The notes: a model not told the origin generated them from the sequence alone. A stretch of 63,820 bases of DNA, filler included, from Folioceros fuciformis (GCA_049999805.1; 9 parts of 9 records of this genome joined end to end with filler, not necessarily neighbours in it); one strand, 5' to 3'. Numbered from the whole stretch's first letter, positions 24,546 to 40,049 are shown. Numbers and translations are program-made.

Positions 24546-25512
24546 TCCACAATTCAAGAGTGCCAGATTCGTGGACCAGGTGACTTTCAATCTACTCCAT
24601 CTACTCCACTCAGCCTTATAATACTGCCCTGGGCATCGCCAGAAATCAGACCAAAACTGTATCAACAGATGGTTTTTTTGAAAAGAGCTTACTGACACCA
24701 GCAGTTGGAGGAGACACAATCAAACAACGGTAAAACGTGGCACACGAGGTCCGCGATATGGGGCTCTTGGGAAGCGTGCCCCATGGGGTGTCCACGCGGC
24801 TTCGATCCTCTATCCACTGAAGCTTAAAAAAAAATGCGCCGCCCTCAAATCAGCTTGCAAAAAAGAACCCACAGACGTTCTCTGCAGATGTGGATTCCAC
24901 TGCCGCTGGCACTGGAAGGGGGCACAGCAGTAGACGTCTACAACCAAATGTTGAATCGAGGCGGATCCGTGTTGCACAGAAAGAGGCTCTTGGATCCGTG
25001 AGAGTTTATCATTCATCATCAGAATGCGAGATTTTGAGAGTTCGGGGTACAGGTGACAAACACACTCAATCTTCTAGCTATTGAAGAGCGCGCATCGGCC
25101 GGAGCCAAAACTAAATTGGAATCAAAAGAGCGTCGTGTAATAAGGTTATTGTATGGGACTCCCTAAGGTGGAAAGGGCTTCCCAGCAGTTGAGAAGACTG
25201 CCATGCTCCACACACAGTACCAGCCTAGTGTCAGGAACTTATTGGGTTAGCTCACTCAACACGAGTTGAAAAGAATCGTTCTAAACCTGCAGGACTTCGG
25301 TATCGTTTTGCTAGCGAAGTGCCCGATTCTACCTTCACGCTGTACACCAGACTCTGCAGCAGCTTGCACAGATGTCCAACGTAATTATCCCTCTCCTCCG
25401 CAAAATTCTCTCAGACAAGCTCCGTGCAGGGCTGCAGAATTATTCCAATCTCGCTCCTTCAAATCCCAGTCCTTGCAGCCCGGCAAAGATAGAGCCGGCA
25501 AGTTGGGCCGAC

Positions 25513-26821
<1,309 letters not shown>

Positions 26822-29091
26822 TGATCAATGCAGCCTCTCCTTCCTCCACTTCCCGAATCCCGACAACGCCCCCTTCCGCAGAGACTTCCGTCTCCCGTAC
26901 CAGATTGGACTGCTTGAATCGAGGCAGAAGAATGCTCCAAAAGCTTGTCGTCTCGTGTGAAATCTCGTGTCACGACTCGAGGCGCGGGGGCAGTAGAGGC
27001 AGCTCTGGCTGCCGGTGGAAGGTCCAGACGCCAGACGGTGCTTATATACCACGCTACATCTTGCTCCGTCGACATGGCTGCCGTGAGCCAGCTGGGCGGG
27101 ATGCTAATAATACTCGAGGATAGTGCGCTGCACATCGCCACAACCCAAATCCAGAACCGCCGTTGCACAGCATCCCGCAGACTAGACCCTCCCAAGCTCC
27201 AGCCTCCCTGAGTCCCCTCCTCCTTCTTTTGGCGGCACCTTCCGGCGTCCCCGCCTCAGATCCGGCTAATTTACACGGCGTTCGGCTAATTTAGCCGGCG
27301 TTTGGCTGTCCGTGGCCGTACGTGGGGAAGGGGTCGGCGGTGGATGGTCGCCGCGGATCACCAGCCGGGTCTCGGCCTTGCGTGCGGGCTCCACGCCTGG
27401 GTACCGGGACTGGCTACAGTAAGCGATGTGCGTAAGTGTGACGAAGTGGACCCCTCCGTCGCCGAGGCGGGAGAGGACTGTGGCACCGGCCACATGTCCC
27501 GGATGGGCCGTCGCATTGCGGCTCCGTCTCTCCAATTTCGGTGTTCTTCTCTATTTTTGTGAAACCGGGATCGGGGGATCGGGGAATCGGTTTGCAGTAT
27601 GGTCCGCCAGCTCAAATGCATTTCATCGAGAGGCTCGGGACAGCTAGACAAACGCGATTGCGTTCGTGTCTCAGCGTCCTTCCTGTGTGTCTTCTGACGA
27701 ACAGGATAAGGAAGGCAAGTGGAACTCTGCGACTTCGATGAGACAAGCGTGTGTCCGTTTGAATTTGCGTCAAAGCCACGGCGTGCTCCTGCGTCCGAGA
27801 CTCTAATTTGAGCTAGGGAATCAACTTGGCTTCCTAACCCCTGCTCGTCGTCTTGCTCCATGTTTGCTGACACGCCAGTTCAGAGTTCCGGAGGGCTGCG
27901 TTCCCGACACTCTCCTTTATTTCATCAAAGCTGTTTCCTCCATAACCATATCCGTCTCTTCTCCTATTCTCCTGAAACACTAACATGGGAACCTGACATG
28001 GAAACCCTAGAAGGCTTTGGTAACATGTTCTGTAGGTGCGAAAGGTGTCGCTGCAGCACCGTTTTATTTTCCTTGCTGGTCAACATTCTTCTTCCTTTCT
28101 CGGTGGGACAGTCCAAGCGGGTGGTGGAAGGAAGATTTGTGGATGCTGTATTGCATGTTCTGCACCACAAGTCGGCCACAAGTCTGCTGTTTTCCCCACG
28201 TTTCCAAATCCTTTCACAATCAGATCTGTTCCACTAAAGCCTTGGTAGAATCCGAGAGTCCACAGGGGCAGTTGAGAGATGCCAATCCGCCAAGATGGCA
28301 TCCGGAAATGATTCTGTCTGAAGACGTGTTCCACGGCGCTTGCTTGGCATACTGTGGAAGCGACCACGTTGAAATGAGTAGAAACAGTTACAGTGTGCCT
28401 GCCGGTTCCCTTACGACGAGACTGTAACTTTTTTTGCATCTTCCGCCGATGCCTCGGCTTGGTTTCATGCACCAACCTAGGAGGTGAAGCAGACATTCGG
28501 TGACAGTAAAGCCGGAGCAAGCCCCAGTTGTCCTCCACGGATGCACGATGTTGCAGCACACGAATGCGGATGGCAAAAAGCTTCTGGTGGAAAAAAACTT
28601 GTGAGCCGACGGATGAATCCCGAAACCTCATCGTCTACCGCTCATTTTCGGGCTGGTGAAAGCAAGATGGTTCAGAACAGTCTTCTTCTCCACCACATGC
28701 TGCAGAGGCTCGAGATCTCCCTTCACGTGCCACACCGCCATCATTGGCCGTGACAGCCTGACGCTTCCTCCGCACTTCATGCTCCTGTGAACAATTTCCG
28801 GCAGGGCAGGTTACGCAATTGCATCACGCAACGCGCTTTCCAGCACGTGTGCCAAGAACTCCGCAGACCTCATAACTCGGTTGTGTTACGCTCGTCTCTG
28901 TTCTGGCTGCGTTCCACACCCACTGGCCGTTTCATCACCACCACAGTCGACGGGAGACACATTGATCTTCAAGCTGCCGAGGACAAAAGTAGCCATGCTA
29001 TTGGCCTACAGTAACCACAAACCTCGACGTGACAAAGCCAAGACGGCGCGACTCCATTAAATCCTTCATTAACCGAATTTGGCGTGTGGGA

Positions 29092-32000
29092 TCATCGGGG
29101 AAGCAATCTATCCACTGGAACGTATTCGGCTGCCGCTCTCTCTGCACTAGCGTTCGTGCTAAAGCCTGTGCTCGATGATGAGTCCCCAGAAGGAGTGGGT
29201 TGGTGACTGTAAAATGCACGGTTGGCTGGAGGAGCAGCGACTTGCTCTGCACGCGAGCCCATTGTGATCACAATGTTTTGTAACGTCTTGACGACCTCCT
29301 GCCACGTGTATTCTGAGTGAGGATAGATCATAATGTCTTAGGCTCCAGTGGAGGAAGAGAAAGATGGTGCGAACCTTGATGTCGGGGCGTTTTTCCCTGG
29401 CAGGAGCTGAACAGTCGAGAGCCAACCATGCCATCTTTTCAAAGGCACCTTCTGGGTAGTCCTTGACCTTGAGCATTGGGTCGATGATGCTATTGATGCC
29501 ATCTGCCGCAAGCCGAGAGTAGGCCTACAAGGCTGTCTAATTAGGAGAGAGCTCCTATGTCTCGTTCAAACGAGGTACATGATGTTCAGGACACGAAATA
29601 AGAGAATGGATACCTACCCACATGCAGAGGTTAGAGTCTTCTGATGCCCTACGTCTGTCGATAGCCTTTTGCCCACTAATGAGCTCAAGTAGAACCACGC
29701 CGAAGGAGAAAACATCACTGGCAGTTGTCAACTGAAGGCGTATGAAGTAGTCCGGGTCCAGGTACCTTTAGTCATATTGTGGAGCAGAGATCAGAATCGG
29801 ATGTCTGCTGAAAGGCTGTGGATAAGCAACGATATTGTGCTTTCGAGCCTTACCCTTCCGTACCAGCTGGGCTAGTTGAAACGTGAGTACTGAATTGCGG
29901 CGTGACTTTTGAGATGCCGAAGTCAGCCACCTTGGCAACCATATTGCCATCCAGCAAGATGTTGCTGGGTTTGATATCTCGATGTATAACACGAGGCTCC
30001 TGCTCATAACCAAAAGGTTTATCAGAAAAAATCCAGAAAAGCAGAGTTGACAGTATTGCTGGCTGGACGTCAGCAGGAGACTCTGGTGATGAGGGCTGGA
30101 AGCCTACTTACAGCAGAGTGATGCAGGTATTCCAGTGCTTTGGCAACAGATAGAGCAATCTCAATTCGCACGTGCCAATCCAGAGATGGACCGAGACGCT
30201 TCCCTGAAGCAAGCAAGACACCTCAATGTTATAATAAACTCCCTTCCGAATCGACAAGCATGGTCTGTCCTCAAAATGTAACGAAGGCTGACAAGCAGTC
30301 CTGAAGGTATGCATGGGAAGTCGCTGTACCTGTCAAACAGTCATGCAGATTGCCATTGCTCATGAACTCGTAAACAAGGATCTGAGGACACAGAAGACGT
30401 TATTTCCCTTCGCCTGATACGCCAAGCCCTCAGCAGCCGATTCGTGGATTGTCGATCTTAAAAGCATCAGCTATGAAAGCACAAGATGCAGAGAGTCGAA
30501 CCTGCTGTTCGCCATCGTCGCAGAATCCCACAATGCCCACGAGGTTGGGATGACTCAGTTTACTTAAAAGATACAACTCGTTCCGAAACTCGTTGCTGCT
30601 GTAGCACTTATCAGGATTTGCCTTCTTGATGGCTACTTCTTCTCCGGTTTGCAACTTTGCATAGTACACCTTCCCGAAGCCGCCTGAGCCAATCTCATTT
30701 TCAGCTTTAAAGCCGCCTGTCACTGCTTCCAAGGATCTGAGAGAGAACCGTCGTAGATTTGGTGGAACCCTCCAGCTGTCCTGTTGAGCTACTAAGTCAA
30801 TCGTACGCAATCTGTATGGATCCTCGTGACCTGCACGTGACCTGCAAGCGTGAATCCCGCTGGGGCCTGAACGCAAAGTCAACCCACACCCGATTGCAAA
30901 GCTGTAGAGTCAGGTCAGCAAGCCACACCTATGAGATCAGATTTCGCCTTCCTCCGAACTCTCCATCTCCACAAACACAAGAGTCCACCAACTATTACAG
31001 TCACTACGGAAACTACAACTGCAGCTGTCACAGTACGAGGAGTCCTTGATGATGTTTCTGCCAACTCAGGCGGTTGAACAGTGGGAGGAGGAGGAGGAGG
31101 AGGATGCGACAGAGGGTCTGTCAATCATGCAAGACAGCACATCAGTTGGTATGACGATGCATCTCACTTCAAAGAGAAAGAGCCAAACAAAACCAGAACC
31201 TCCAAAGAGATCGGCATCCTCACTTGCTGAAAGAAACGCTCCGCAGCTGCCTGAGCGAGTGGCGTCTGCACAACTCGAATCAGTGTGGTCATCAGCATTG
31301 TTGAAGTCCTGAAAGCAATTCCCTTGCCACCTGCATATATCCAACACAGTTATGACATCTTGAGAGACCCGTTGACTGGCAAGCAGCATCCGTAATAATA
31401 GCTCATGCAACTCACGCCGTCGAGTAGTTGAAACCAGCAGGAGACCTTCCTGTGAAGTAATTGCACCTCAAGTCTCTGCAGAGGCGTATCAGAGCGTTAA
31501 GCCAGAGAAACGTGCATGGTCTTCCAACATATACACATGCACCTCTGACCAGAGGGAATGCTCGCAGCTTACACATAGTCCTTTATCGGCAAGGTCCAGA
31601 GTGGGAAAAAGCCTTGAAGTTTGTTGTGATCCAGCCTCCTGCAATGGTGAAGTATCTACCTCCATCATAACATCAAGTGACAAACGAGAAGCTTCACAGT
31701 TCTGATTACTGAGAGAACTGGGGCTTTATGAGGATGGCGTACAAATATTTCAAGTTTGTGAGCTTCGTCCAGCCAGTTGGTACAGGTCCAGTGAACTGGT
31801 TACCACCCAAAAATCTGGAAAAGGTCCACGCACATTGGTACATGCCTTGAAATCAGGCACAGATGGATGCAAAAGGGCTTAACCCACCTACTTACAGAAA
31901 GGTAAGCTCTATGAGATTTACAATGGCTTCTGGCAACGATCCGCCAAAAACGTTTCCGTCCATCCGTCTGCGTAAAATACAAGACGAGTATATCAGAGAT

Positions 32001-32852
32001 GGATCAAATAAGAGGTTACAAGATCTGCCATCTTCTTGTCCCATTCCGTATGTTGCTGGAAAAGCTACCAGTCCTTACAAGTCACGCAGACCCGTGAGCT
32101 GCAGCACTGAGTTTGGGAATGGTCCTGTAAGATTGTTGTCGGTAAGATGCCTGCACATTATGAGACGGGGTAAGGGGTATCTAATAGGCAACGATTCTGC
32201 ATCAGAAGATTCTTCGGCCAGAATGGCTCTCAACAGGGCTTACAAGAGCTGTAGGTCTTCCAAGCCGGAAAAACTTGGAGGGACGCTGCCCGTCAGGTGG
32301 TTGTTACGAAGGTCAAGTGCTTGAAGATGACGGAGGTTTCCGATCGCAGCGGGAATGGGCCCCTTCAATCCCAGGCTGGACAAGTTGCTGCACAAACAGA
32401 GCAACCCACTCGGTCAGCTAGTCGGTCTTGGGACGTACATTCACATCGACAACTAAACTTCGGAAGGTTGGAAGGAGATGGGTATTTGGGAACGAAGGCA
32501 GAGAGAGGAATGAGAAGCGATGTTACAGCGTGATCACGTCCCCAGAACTGCAGAACACATATTCTGGTGTCGTCACTAGGCAAGGGTCGATTACGTTCGC
32601 CCAAGAAGGTCGCGTAACGTTCAGGAAATTGAATATCGAAATCAGCGTAGTTCCTGCAATGACGCAGGCGACGACGTGAGCCTCCGCAGATCTCCACGTC
32701 TCTCTTCTTCGCCAGTTCCATCTGAGCAAGGAGAAAACAGGGAGCTTTTGCAGAGGGGCGGAGAGAAGCCAACCATCCTGAAATGAGGCATGCGCCCTAG
32801 GAAGCAACACAAGCGAAAGGAGTGCCAGTGCAGTGAAGCCGACGGACCACAT
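29092..32852 (-). CDS. LRR receptor-like kinase, multi-exon
   Basis: Signal peptide, W..DPC..V.C cap, about 7 LRRs in short exons (e.g. [12 protein letters not shown]), poly-Pro linker and TM helix. Kinase motifs [57 protein letters not shown]. Confidence 0.92.
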
Positions 32853-33571
32853 TGCCGTGCAGGCTATGCTACTTCAGCTGCCTGAGTTCCTGTCATCCAT
32901 CCCCAAGACCAGAAGCAAACGACACGATGGTTGGTTTCCCGCGCTTCGGATTGCAGCTCACGCCATTGGATCGCCACACAGCTCAGGTGACTGGGAACCA
33001 GAAACACAAGTCGTCACCTTCGCAACCATGGAAAGTGACAGCCCGGAGGCTGGTGAGAATCACATCACGCCCTCGCGAATCGAATCGCCTCGACCCGTCG
33101 ACCCCTCAACTCGAAAGCTCAGAACGACGAGCAGACATCCCCGCGAGATCTGGGGTCACACGCTGACAAAACAGTTGTCCACGAGCGACAAAGTACATAA
33201 TAGATTCCTCTCCTTACACACAAAGTCCCCGCATTGCCCGACTGTAGTAGATATTAGTTGGACAAGAGACGGAGCAATGGAGAGTGTAAGGAACCGTCGC
33301 AGGTGTGGCCTACCGCAAATCCGTACCTGTAACGCGGCAATATCAGCGACCAGGTAAACAAAACGGGGTGGGATTTGATCTGATGACACAGTTACAGCTT
33401 GCAACCTGGATTTCAGTGCACTGTTTCCTTTTCTGTAACGCAAGTCGGGAAGTACTTGCAAGGGTTAAATACGAAGGTAACCACTGTTCACATTCCGGCT
33501 TTGCAGAAAAGAAAACCTTCCCGAACAAATTTAGAACTCTGCTCATCACTCAAATTGGCACTCACTCGCGC

Positions 33572-36064
33572 CTACGTATAAGCCAGGTGTTGCCTCCCCA
33601 CGGTTCTCCGTTGCCGCGCAAGCTCATCGAGGTCTCGTACAATCTTGAACACAGCATCAGGTCGCGCAAGTTTGGCGGCGTTCGAGGCCATTTCGCTTAG
33701 CTCCGCAGCCTTGGGGCCAAACCAGTCGGCCACAATCCTAGCAATTTCCTTCGGGTTATCACAGAATTTCCCGGCTCCGTTATCAACTACGAAGGGAACA
33801 TTCCCGGCTTCCTGGAGAGAGTCAACGAGTGGATTAGGTCTATGCACTCATTCCAAGCAAGGAATCTGATATGACTGATGAAAAATCGCAGACCTGGCCC
33901 GCAATGAAATCGCTTAGAAGCATCGGCAATCCTCTGATCATTGCTTCTGCTATTGTCCCAGGGCCAGCCTGCAAGACCATGTAGACGCAATGACGCCATG
34001 AGAAACGTAACTCCACCGTGCACACAGGACGTACATCAGCATCAGCAAGATACAACAAATGACAGACCTTGGTGATGACACAGTCACATGCTCCCATCCA
34101 ATCCGACATATTGTTTACAAAACCCTTTATCTGCACAGCAAAAGAGCCCCCATCAGGACAAGGTTTGCCAACAGGTCGACAAGCAGCAATACTGAAGGGA
34201 TAAAATCACAGGTGCAAGTGACCAACGTTCATGACCTGCACAGGCATAGACCATTTAACGCCTTGAAGCTTGTTCACAAGTTTTTGATTTCGTCCACAAA
34301 CCACAACCAGCTGTCCGATGGCCTTTCCGTTTTGTGCATCATACAACGAAGTGCCAAGTGCCCTGGCAGTTGACTCCACCGGACCCATACCTTCTCCTCC
34401 CCCCATCAAAAGCACTGCCGGCAGATCTTCGTCCATGCCCAGCTCTTGGCGAAGTTCATCCTTTCAAGGTGGATAACAGATATCAGGAAACAATGCCAAC
34501 CACATAGGTGAATTTCCCTTGCAATACACTACAGAACAAGTAATGCACACACATATGATCATCATAAGCGTCCTAAAGAAAGGACCGACCTGGACAACCA
34601 TGGCAAATACCTTGGAGCGAGTAGACTTGCAGAAATTAGGTCGAATTGGAAGACCGTGTACTCGGATTTGAGAACTTTGAAGACCTGCCTTTTGTGCTCT
34701 GAGCGCGACCTCCTTCGTTGGGCAAAAGCAGGCAGTTACTAGTTTGTGAAACCTGACAGGCGTTGTAAGACGGCATACGGACAGAAGACTCAGACAATCA
34801 ACACAAGAGAAAGAGGACGAACGAAAAGCAAGAGCAGAGATCGGACACCCTCATCCATACCAAGTAGGATGGCAGGTACTCAGGTCTGTAATAACAGTTG
34901 TGAAGGGTATCTTATGAAGGAGACCTCTAGCACGCAGCACTCTCAGCGGAATGTGCTGCATCAATGGATGTACACTGACAATAACATCCGGCTGATGCTT
35001 CATCAACCCCTTGGCCACCTCTCTGCAGCCAGCCACAGGAGCTGCAGCGTTAAGTTAGGCCATCGTACACAGAGCCAAGCCCGGAAATCCTAACCTGATG
35101 AAAGAAGAGCAATTTCCCTGCTTAGAGCCCTCTTCAGATGGCAAAATCACATACCTAGCCACAAAAGCTGAAGTTGCAGCCATCTGAGACTGATGGACGA
35201 AACGAGGGGCGGTCCCGTGAAAAGTCATCTTCCACAGAGCCTCGTGTCTCACCAGGAAGCTGTAACTCCGAGGAAACTGATTGAAAGGCCAGGGTGTATG
35301 CTCCTTCCAGAGGTCGATAATCGTGACCTGAAACCACAAACCAGAATCGTGGGCTGACACACACAAGTCCACTCCCATTCCATCCGAAAGCACAATGAGC
35401 AACAAGGACACCGCCTACATCACGCCACAGACGTCAAGGCCAACGAGTAGGATACAAAACCTATCACAGAGCATGAATTTCCATCCAAGATCGCCTGCAG
35501 GAAGAAAAAAAATGGCATCCAAAAATGAGAAGGAAAATTGGTGCACGACATACAAGAGTGGCCCGGCATCGCAGGAAGCAGACGAACCTTGTACAGGTCC
35601 CCATACTCCAGCTCAAAAGTTGCTTTAATGGCCTCCGCCGACGCGCGATGGCCCCCGCCGGTGTCACTCATGAGAATCAAAACCCTCTTGTGCGGCGCCG
35701 CAGCCACGAGCTCCGCTGAGCCATCCCCTGCCTCTTGCACACCGTCATCCCCGCCTCCCAGGGCCCTACTATCATCTTCCACGGAATGTGACAACCCCGG
35801 CAGCGGCTCGCAGTTGCTCCGGATGCGGCAGTGCAGCTGATCCCAGATGCGACTGCGCTGGTACCGGGCCCGGGATCCGAATCCCGGCAGCGAGAGAGAA
35901 GCTACGGGGCGCGCGACACCGTAGGCCGCCACGGCACTGTCATCCCGACCCGAGGAGCAGCATTCTGGCTGGAAAGGGGATGCCGATGGAGCGGGCCGGA
36001 AGGAGGCAGCCAGGCTGGGGGAAGTGGATGCGGCGCTCCCCAGGCGCTCCGCTGCGCTTGGCAT
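33572..36064 (-). CDS. MGD1: Monogalactosyldiacylglycerol synthase (type A-like, long N-terminal transit region), multi-exon
   Basis: [84 protein letters not shown]. Confidence 0.96.
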
Positions 36065-36685
36065 TTTTGCTCCAAGAACCCGATGCCAGACTCACGCGGC
36101 CACCATGCCTCTGCCTGTCCACTACGACAGCAGGACAGCCACGGCACGTCGAAGCCAGACAGAGCGTAACGAAACAAGACAAGGAAGAAGATCGGTGAGC
36201 GGGAAGGCTGGGACAAGGTTGGCTTGCCTGTCCCACTTATCCACAATGCCGCCGCTGACTGGTGGAGTCCCTTCGGCTCTTATATTAGATATCTCTGTCC
36301 TGTTCTTTTCATCAGTTTTTGCTTGTAGAAAGAAACCTGTGCTAGGCACAACTTGCTTTTTAACTCCAACCTCGCCAAGTGCCCTTAAGATGGAGACATT
36401 AGAAACTGATCCACCTCATCTTTTTGCCCTCTCTCTTCATTACACTACTCAGTAGCTCCAATACAAAATACTCTCAAACTGTACTTAATATTAATTTATT
36501 TTTTATTAATTAAAAAGATTAAAATCAAAGCATAGTGCAATATTGTTAGGTCTAAGTATTTTCTATTATTGAAAAAAAAGATAAAAAGCCTGTATCTACT
36601 CCAAAGATTAGAAACCACTCCAAGAACAACCCACCCACGTAGGGCTTCTCAAAAACTCCTCATATTATGATATGGGATAATAAAA

Positions 36686-37520
36686 GGCTTACCTACCATT
36701 CGTGCTGAAGAAATAAGAGGCCTACCTACCAGTAGTGCTAAAGACGTTAATATTAGTGCAACATTAGTGCTGAAGAAGAAAAAGCTGCTTGACCTGGCTT
36801 CTTGTTCTTCTAAAAAATTGTATTGGCTAATATTCTTTGCAAAGCTATAAATAGGGTTCTGGGTTTAGGGTTTAAACCCTAAACCCTATGCTGAAGAAGC
36901 TGCTTGACCTAGCTTGTTGCTATTCTAAAAATCGCATGGGCCAATGTTCTTTGCAAAGCCATAGATAGGGCTTAGGATTCAGGGTTTAGGGTTTAAACCC
37001 TAAACCCTATGCTGAAGAAGGGTCTTGACCTAGCTTGTTGCTACTCTAAAAACCGCATGGGCCAATGTTTTTTGCAAAGCCATAGATAGGGTTTAGGATT
37101 CAGGGTTTAGGGTTTAGTTGCTATTCTAAAAACCGTATTGACCAAATGTTCTTTGCAAAGCCATAGATAGGGTTTAGGGTTTTAGAATTTAGGGTTTAAA
37201 TCCTAAACCCTGTGCTGAAGACGTTGATTGACCTAGCTTGTTGTTATTCTAAAATTGCATTGGCCAATGGTTTTTGCAAAGCCATAGATAGGGTTTAGGG
37301 CATTGGCCAATATTTTTTGCAAAGCTATATATAGGGTTTAGGATTGAGGGTTTAAACCCTAAACCCTTGTTGCTATTCTAAAAACTGCATTGGTCAATGT
37401 TCTATTCTTTGTCAAAAAAGGATCATCAAATAGGAAAGAGAGAGAACACCATTCCTGTTGATAAAATGCTGGCCATAACCCCATGAAACTATGCCTTGCG
37501 AGAATACTTATAGACTTTAT
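36686..37520 (-). mobile_element. RLE-element 3' remnant containing the telomere-repeat-punctuated tandem array (about 36768-37400)
   Basis: Both flanks match 22630-22960. Units translate LSMALQRTLAHAIFRIA on the minus strand and are separated by TTTAGGG/CCCTAAA tracts. Confidence 0.8.
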
Positions 37521-38425
37521 TATTGAGTATTATCTGGATATTACCACCCATTGAACCCGATACGGGGTTGGGAATACCGAGGCGTTCTTATAAATGTTCC
37601 TGCCCCCTTATGGACACCACATTTAAAGGGTGTTATAAAGTGCCGTCCACAAGTTCGACAAAATCGGGAGTGGGGATTGGAACTAAAACTCGACAAGGCC
37701 GGTCATGGGAAACAGCTACAGCTTTGCATGAAAATCAACGAGGGGTACAGGGGCGTATATGGCCTGTGGGCCTTTCTGGAAGGGACGGGACGACGTTGCC
37801 GAGTAATCTCTTCACGACCGATCCAGGTTTCGATCTTCCGCGCAAAGAAGGTTGTCTATCTACGTGGCTATCAAGGACTACAACGATGGGGAAATTCACG
37901 AGAAGGACAAGAGAACGTAGGGAGCAATGTTGAGTTTGTGAGGTTGATGTGGATCGTTCAACGACGGGGTCAGGAAGTTGAATGTTGTCAAGTGGTGCAC
38001 TGTGGGAGCGGAGGCTCGATCAGCAGAAAAGCGAGAACGAGTCCGAAAAGATAAAGATGTTTGCACAACAAGGTTACGATACAATGCTCGGACCCAGGCA
38101 TCAGAGCCTGAAGACTGTCTCCAAGGCAAACCGCAACAAGAAACAAGTAGTACAGCAGTGAATTCCACGGCAGATCTGCCAGTCCCGGAAAAACTCTAAC
38201 CTGCTTTGAGTACGAAAGCCAAACCTCTCGAATGTGGGAGACGCGGCGCTCACATTCGGAAAAATCGCCAGACGGTTGGCAGCCTACCTAAAAAAACCAT
38301 GCATGCGTTGCGCTCCTGTCCGCATGCCCGATCCTTTCACACCGGCCTACCTTGCACCTTGCGACGATGCAACGCCTGTTTCCAGATCTGGAGGTGGTGT
38401 CGTGTGCTGGTGGCAGCAGCCGTGG

Positions 38426-38759
38426 CTACCAATGCCGTCCGTTGTAGTTGCACATTCCGTAGCTGCAGACGGGGTGCTTGCCATGGCACTTGTTCCCGCA
38501 CCGCCCGCAGTTGTGCACGTCCTTCTTCAGCTGGACGCACTTCCCGTTGCAGCATGCGGATCCGAGGCCGCACTTGTTCCCGCACCTGCCGCAGTGGCTG
38601 TTGTGGGAGCGGATGTCGCAACATTGCCCGCTGCAGCATGAAGTGGCTCCTGCCTGCCTGTAGAACGACGAGCCGCACAAGTCGGGAACGGTGTTGCATG
38701 TGGCAGGCACCCGACGGAAGCTCTCATGCACGCTGGGGACGGCTCTTGCAATTCCTGAT
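38426..38759 (-). CDS. STIG1-domain cysteine-rich protein, 5' end lost at contig gap
   Basis: CCSGQCCDIRSHNSHCGRCGNKC...CCNGKCVQLKKDVHNCGRCGNKC...CSYGMCNY fits the Stig1 cysteine pattern. Confidence 0.88.
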
Positions 38760-38859
38760 NNNNNNNNNNNNNNNNNNNNNNNNNNNNNNNNNNNNNNNNN
38801 NNNTTAATTAATTAANNNNNNNNNNNNNNNNNNNNNNNNNNNNNNNNNNNNNNNNNNNN

Positions 38860-39134
38860 AACCCACAACGGTGTTTTGTGATAATCAGTCTACCATTGCT
38901 TTGGTTGGAAACCCGTGTTTCCATGCCTGCGCAAAACACATTGAAATTCAGCATCATTTTGTGCGACACTCCGTTGAAAGGCAAATTGTCAAGATTTCTT
39001 ATGTATCAACAGATTTCAATGTTACTGACCTGCTTACCAAGGCCTTGCCGACATCCAAGCATTCTTTCTTTCGTGTTCAGATGGGGCTTGTGGATTATGT
39101 TGGCTTTGCCTCTCAACAGGTTTTGGACTCTTGA
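38860..39134 (+). mobile_element. Ty1/copia RNase H C-terminal fragment
   Basis: PTTVFCDNQSTIAL..NP.FHA..KHIEIQHHFVR...DLLTKAL. Confidence 0.9.
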
Positions 39135-39221
39135 CTTGCTTCACGTCCGGCGCATCAGGCTATGAAGCTCCTTTGCTGTATTTAATCGCGATTTCCTGCT
39201 GATAGGAAGGGATGAGGCACA

Positions 39222-39375
39222 GCTAGAGAGGGAGGAGATTGAGGTAGGGAGGGAGGAGGCGTAGGTAGGGAGGGAGGAGGTGCAAGTAGGGATGGAGGAG
39301 GTGCAAGTAGGTAAGGAGAGAGGAGGTGTAGGTAGGAAGGGAGGAGGTGTAGGTAGGGAGGGAGGAAGCGTAGCT
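39222..39375. repeat. Purine-rich minisatellite of about 21 bp
   Basis: About 6-7 variants of GTAGGTAGGGAGGGAGGAGGT. Confidence 0.85.
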
Positions 39376-40049
39376 AGAGAGTAATGAATGTAACACTAAG
39401 GAAAAGAACCCCAAACTGGATGTTGCACCCTCACGTCTCCTTCCACCATGAAGGGTGAACCAAAAACCCTAAGTTGATAGAATGGTGCGAAAAGAATTTG
39501 GATGGCACTGCTCAAGTCTTGAATGTAGATCCTCACGATATTTCAACCAAACATGTCAATGGCCGGTTTGTATTTTTCTTCATGAGCTGTACCGTCGTGC
39601 TCAAGCCCATATCGGATAGACTCAGTCTTTAGAAAAAGTTTTTTGCAAGACCCCCTCTCTTCGGTTTGGTATGCCATAGAGGCATTGTACACCAAGGTTT
39701 ATGTATGATGACAAATCCGTCGTCACCCTCATAGTTGCACTTTATGTGTAGAGCTTTGGCTTGAATACCCAAATGTTTCAATTCCATGGTTGGAATCGCA
39801 TATCCACGGTGTGGTACCATATAAACCATTGTGAAGTCTTCAATTCAGAGTAGATCATTCTCCGCTACACACCTTTGACACATAAATGTGTGTTCCCTTG
39901 AAGATATATGAAACATACAGCAGTGACTGCTATGCACTGAACAACTCTCAAACGCTTTTAAACCTTTGCAACTTTGGACCATTCTAGATATCCATTCTGA
40001 CAGGTTTCCTGCCCTAATCCCTAGTGGAGTAGAGCTTGATGTGCCTGCA

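Noticed and set aside
28080-28631. VKGFGNVGK resembles the glutamate dehydrogenase Rossmann motif
   Set aside because: No other dehydrogenase motifs nearby; probably chance.
37523-38199. Several 70-170-aa ORFs between the telomere array and the STIG1 gene
   Set aside because: No recognisable motif or consistent exon structure.
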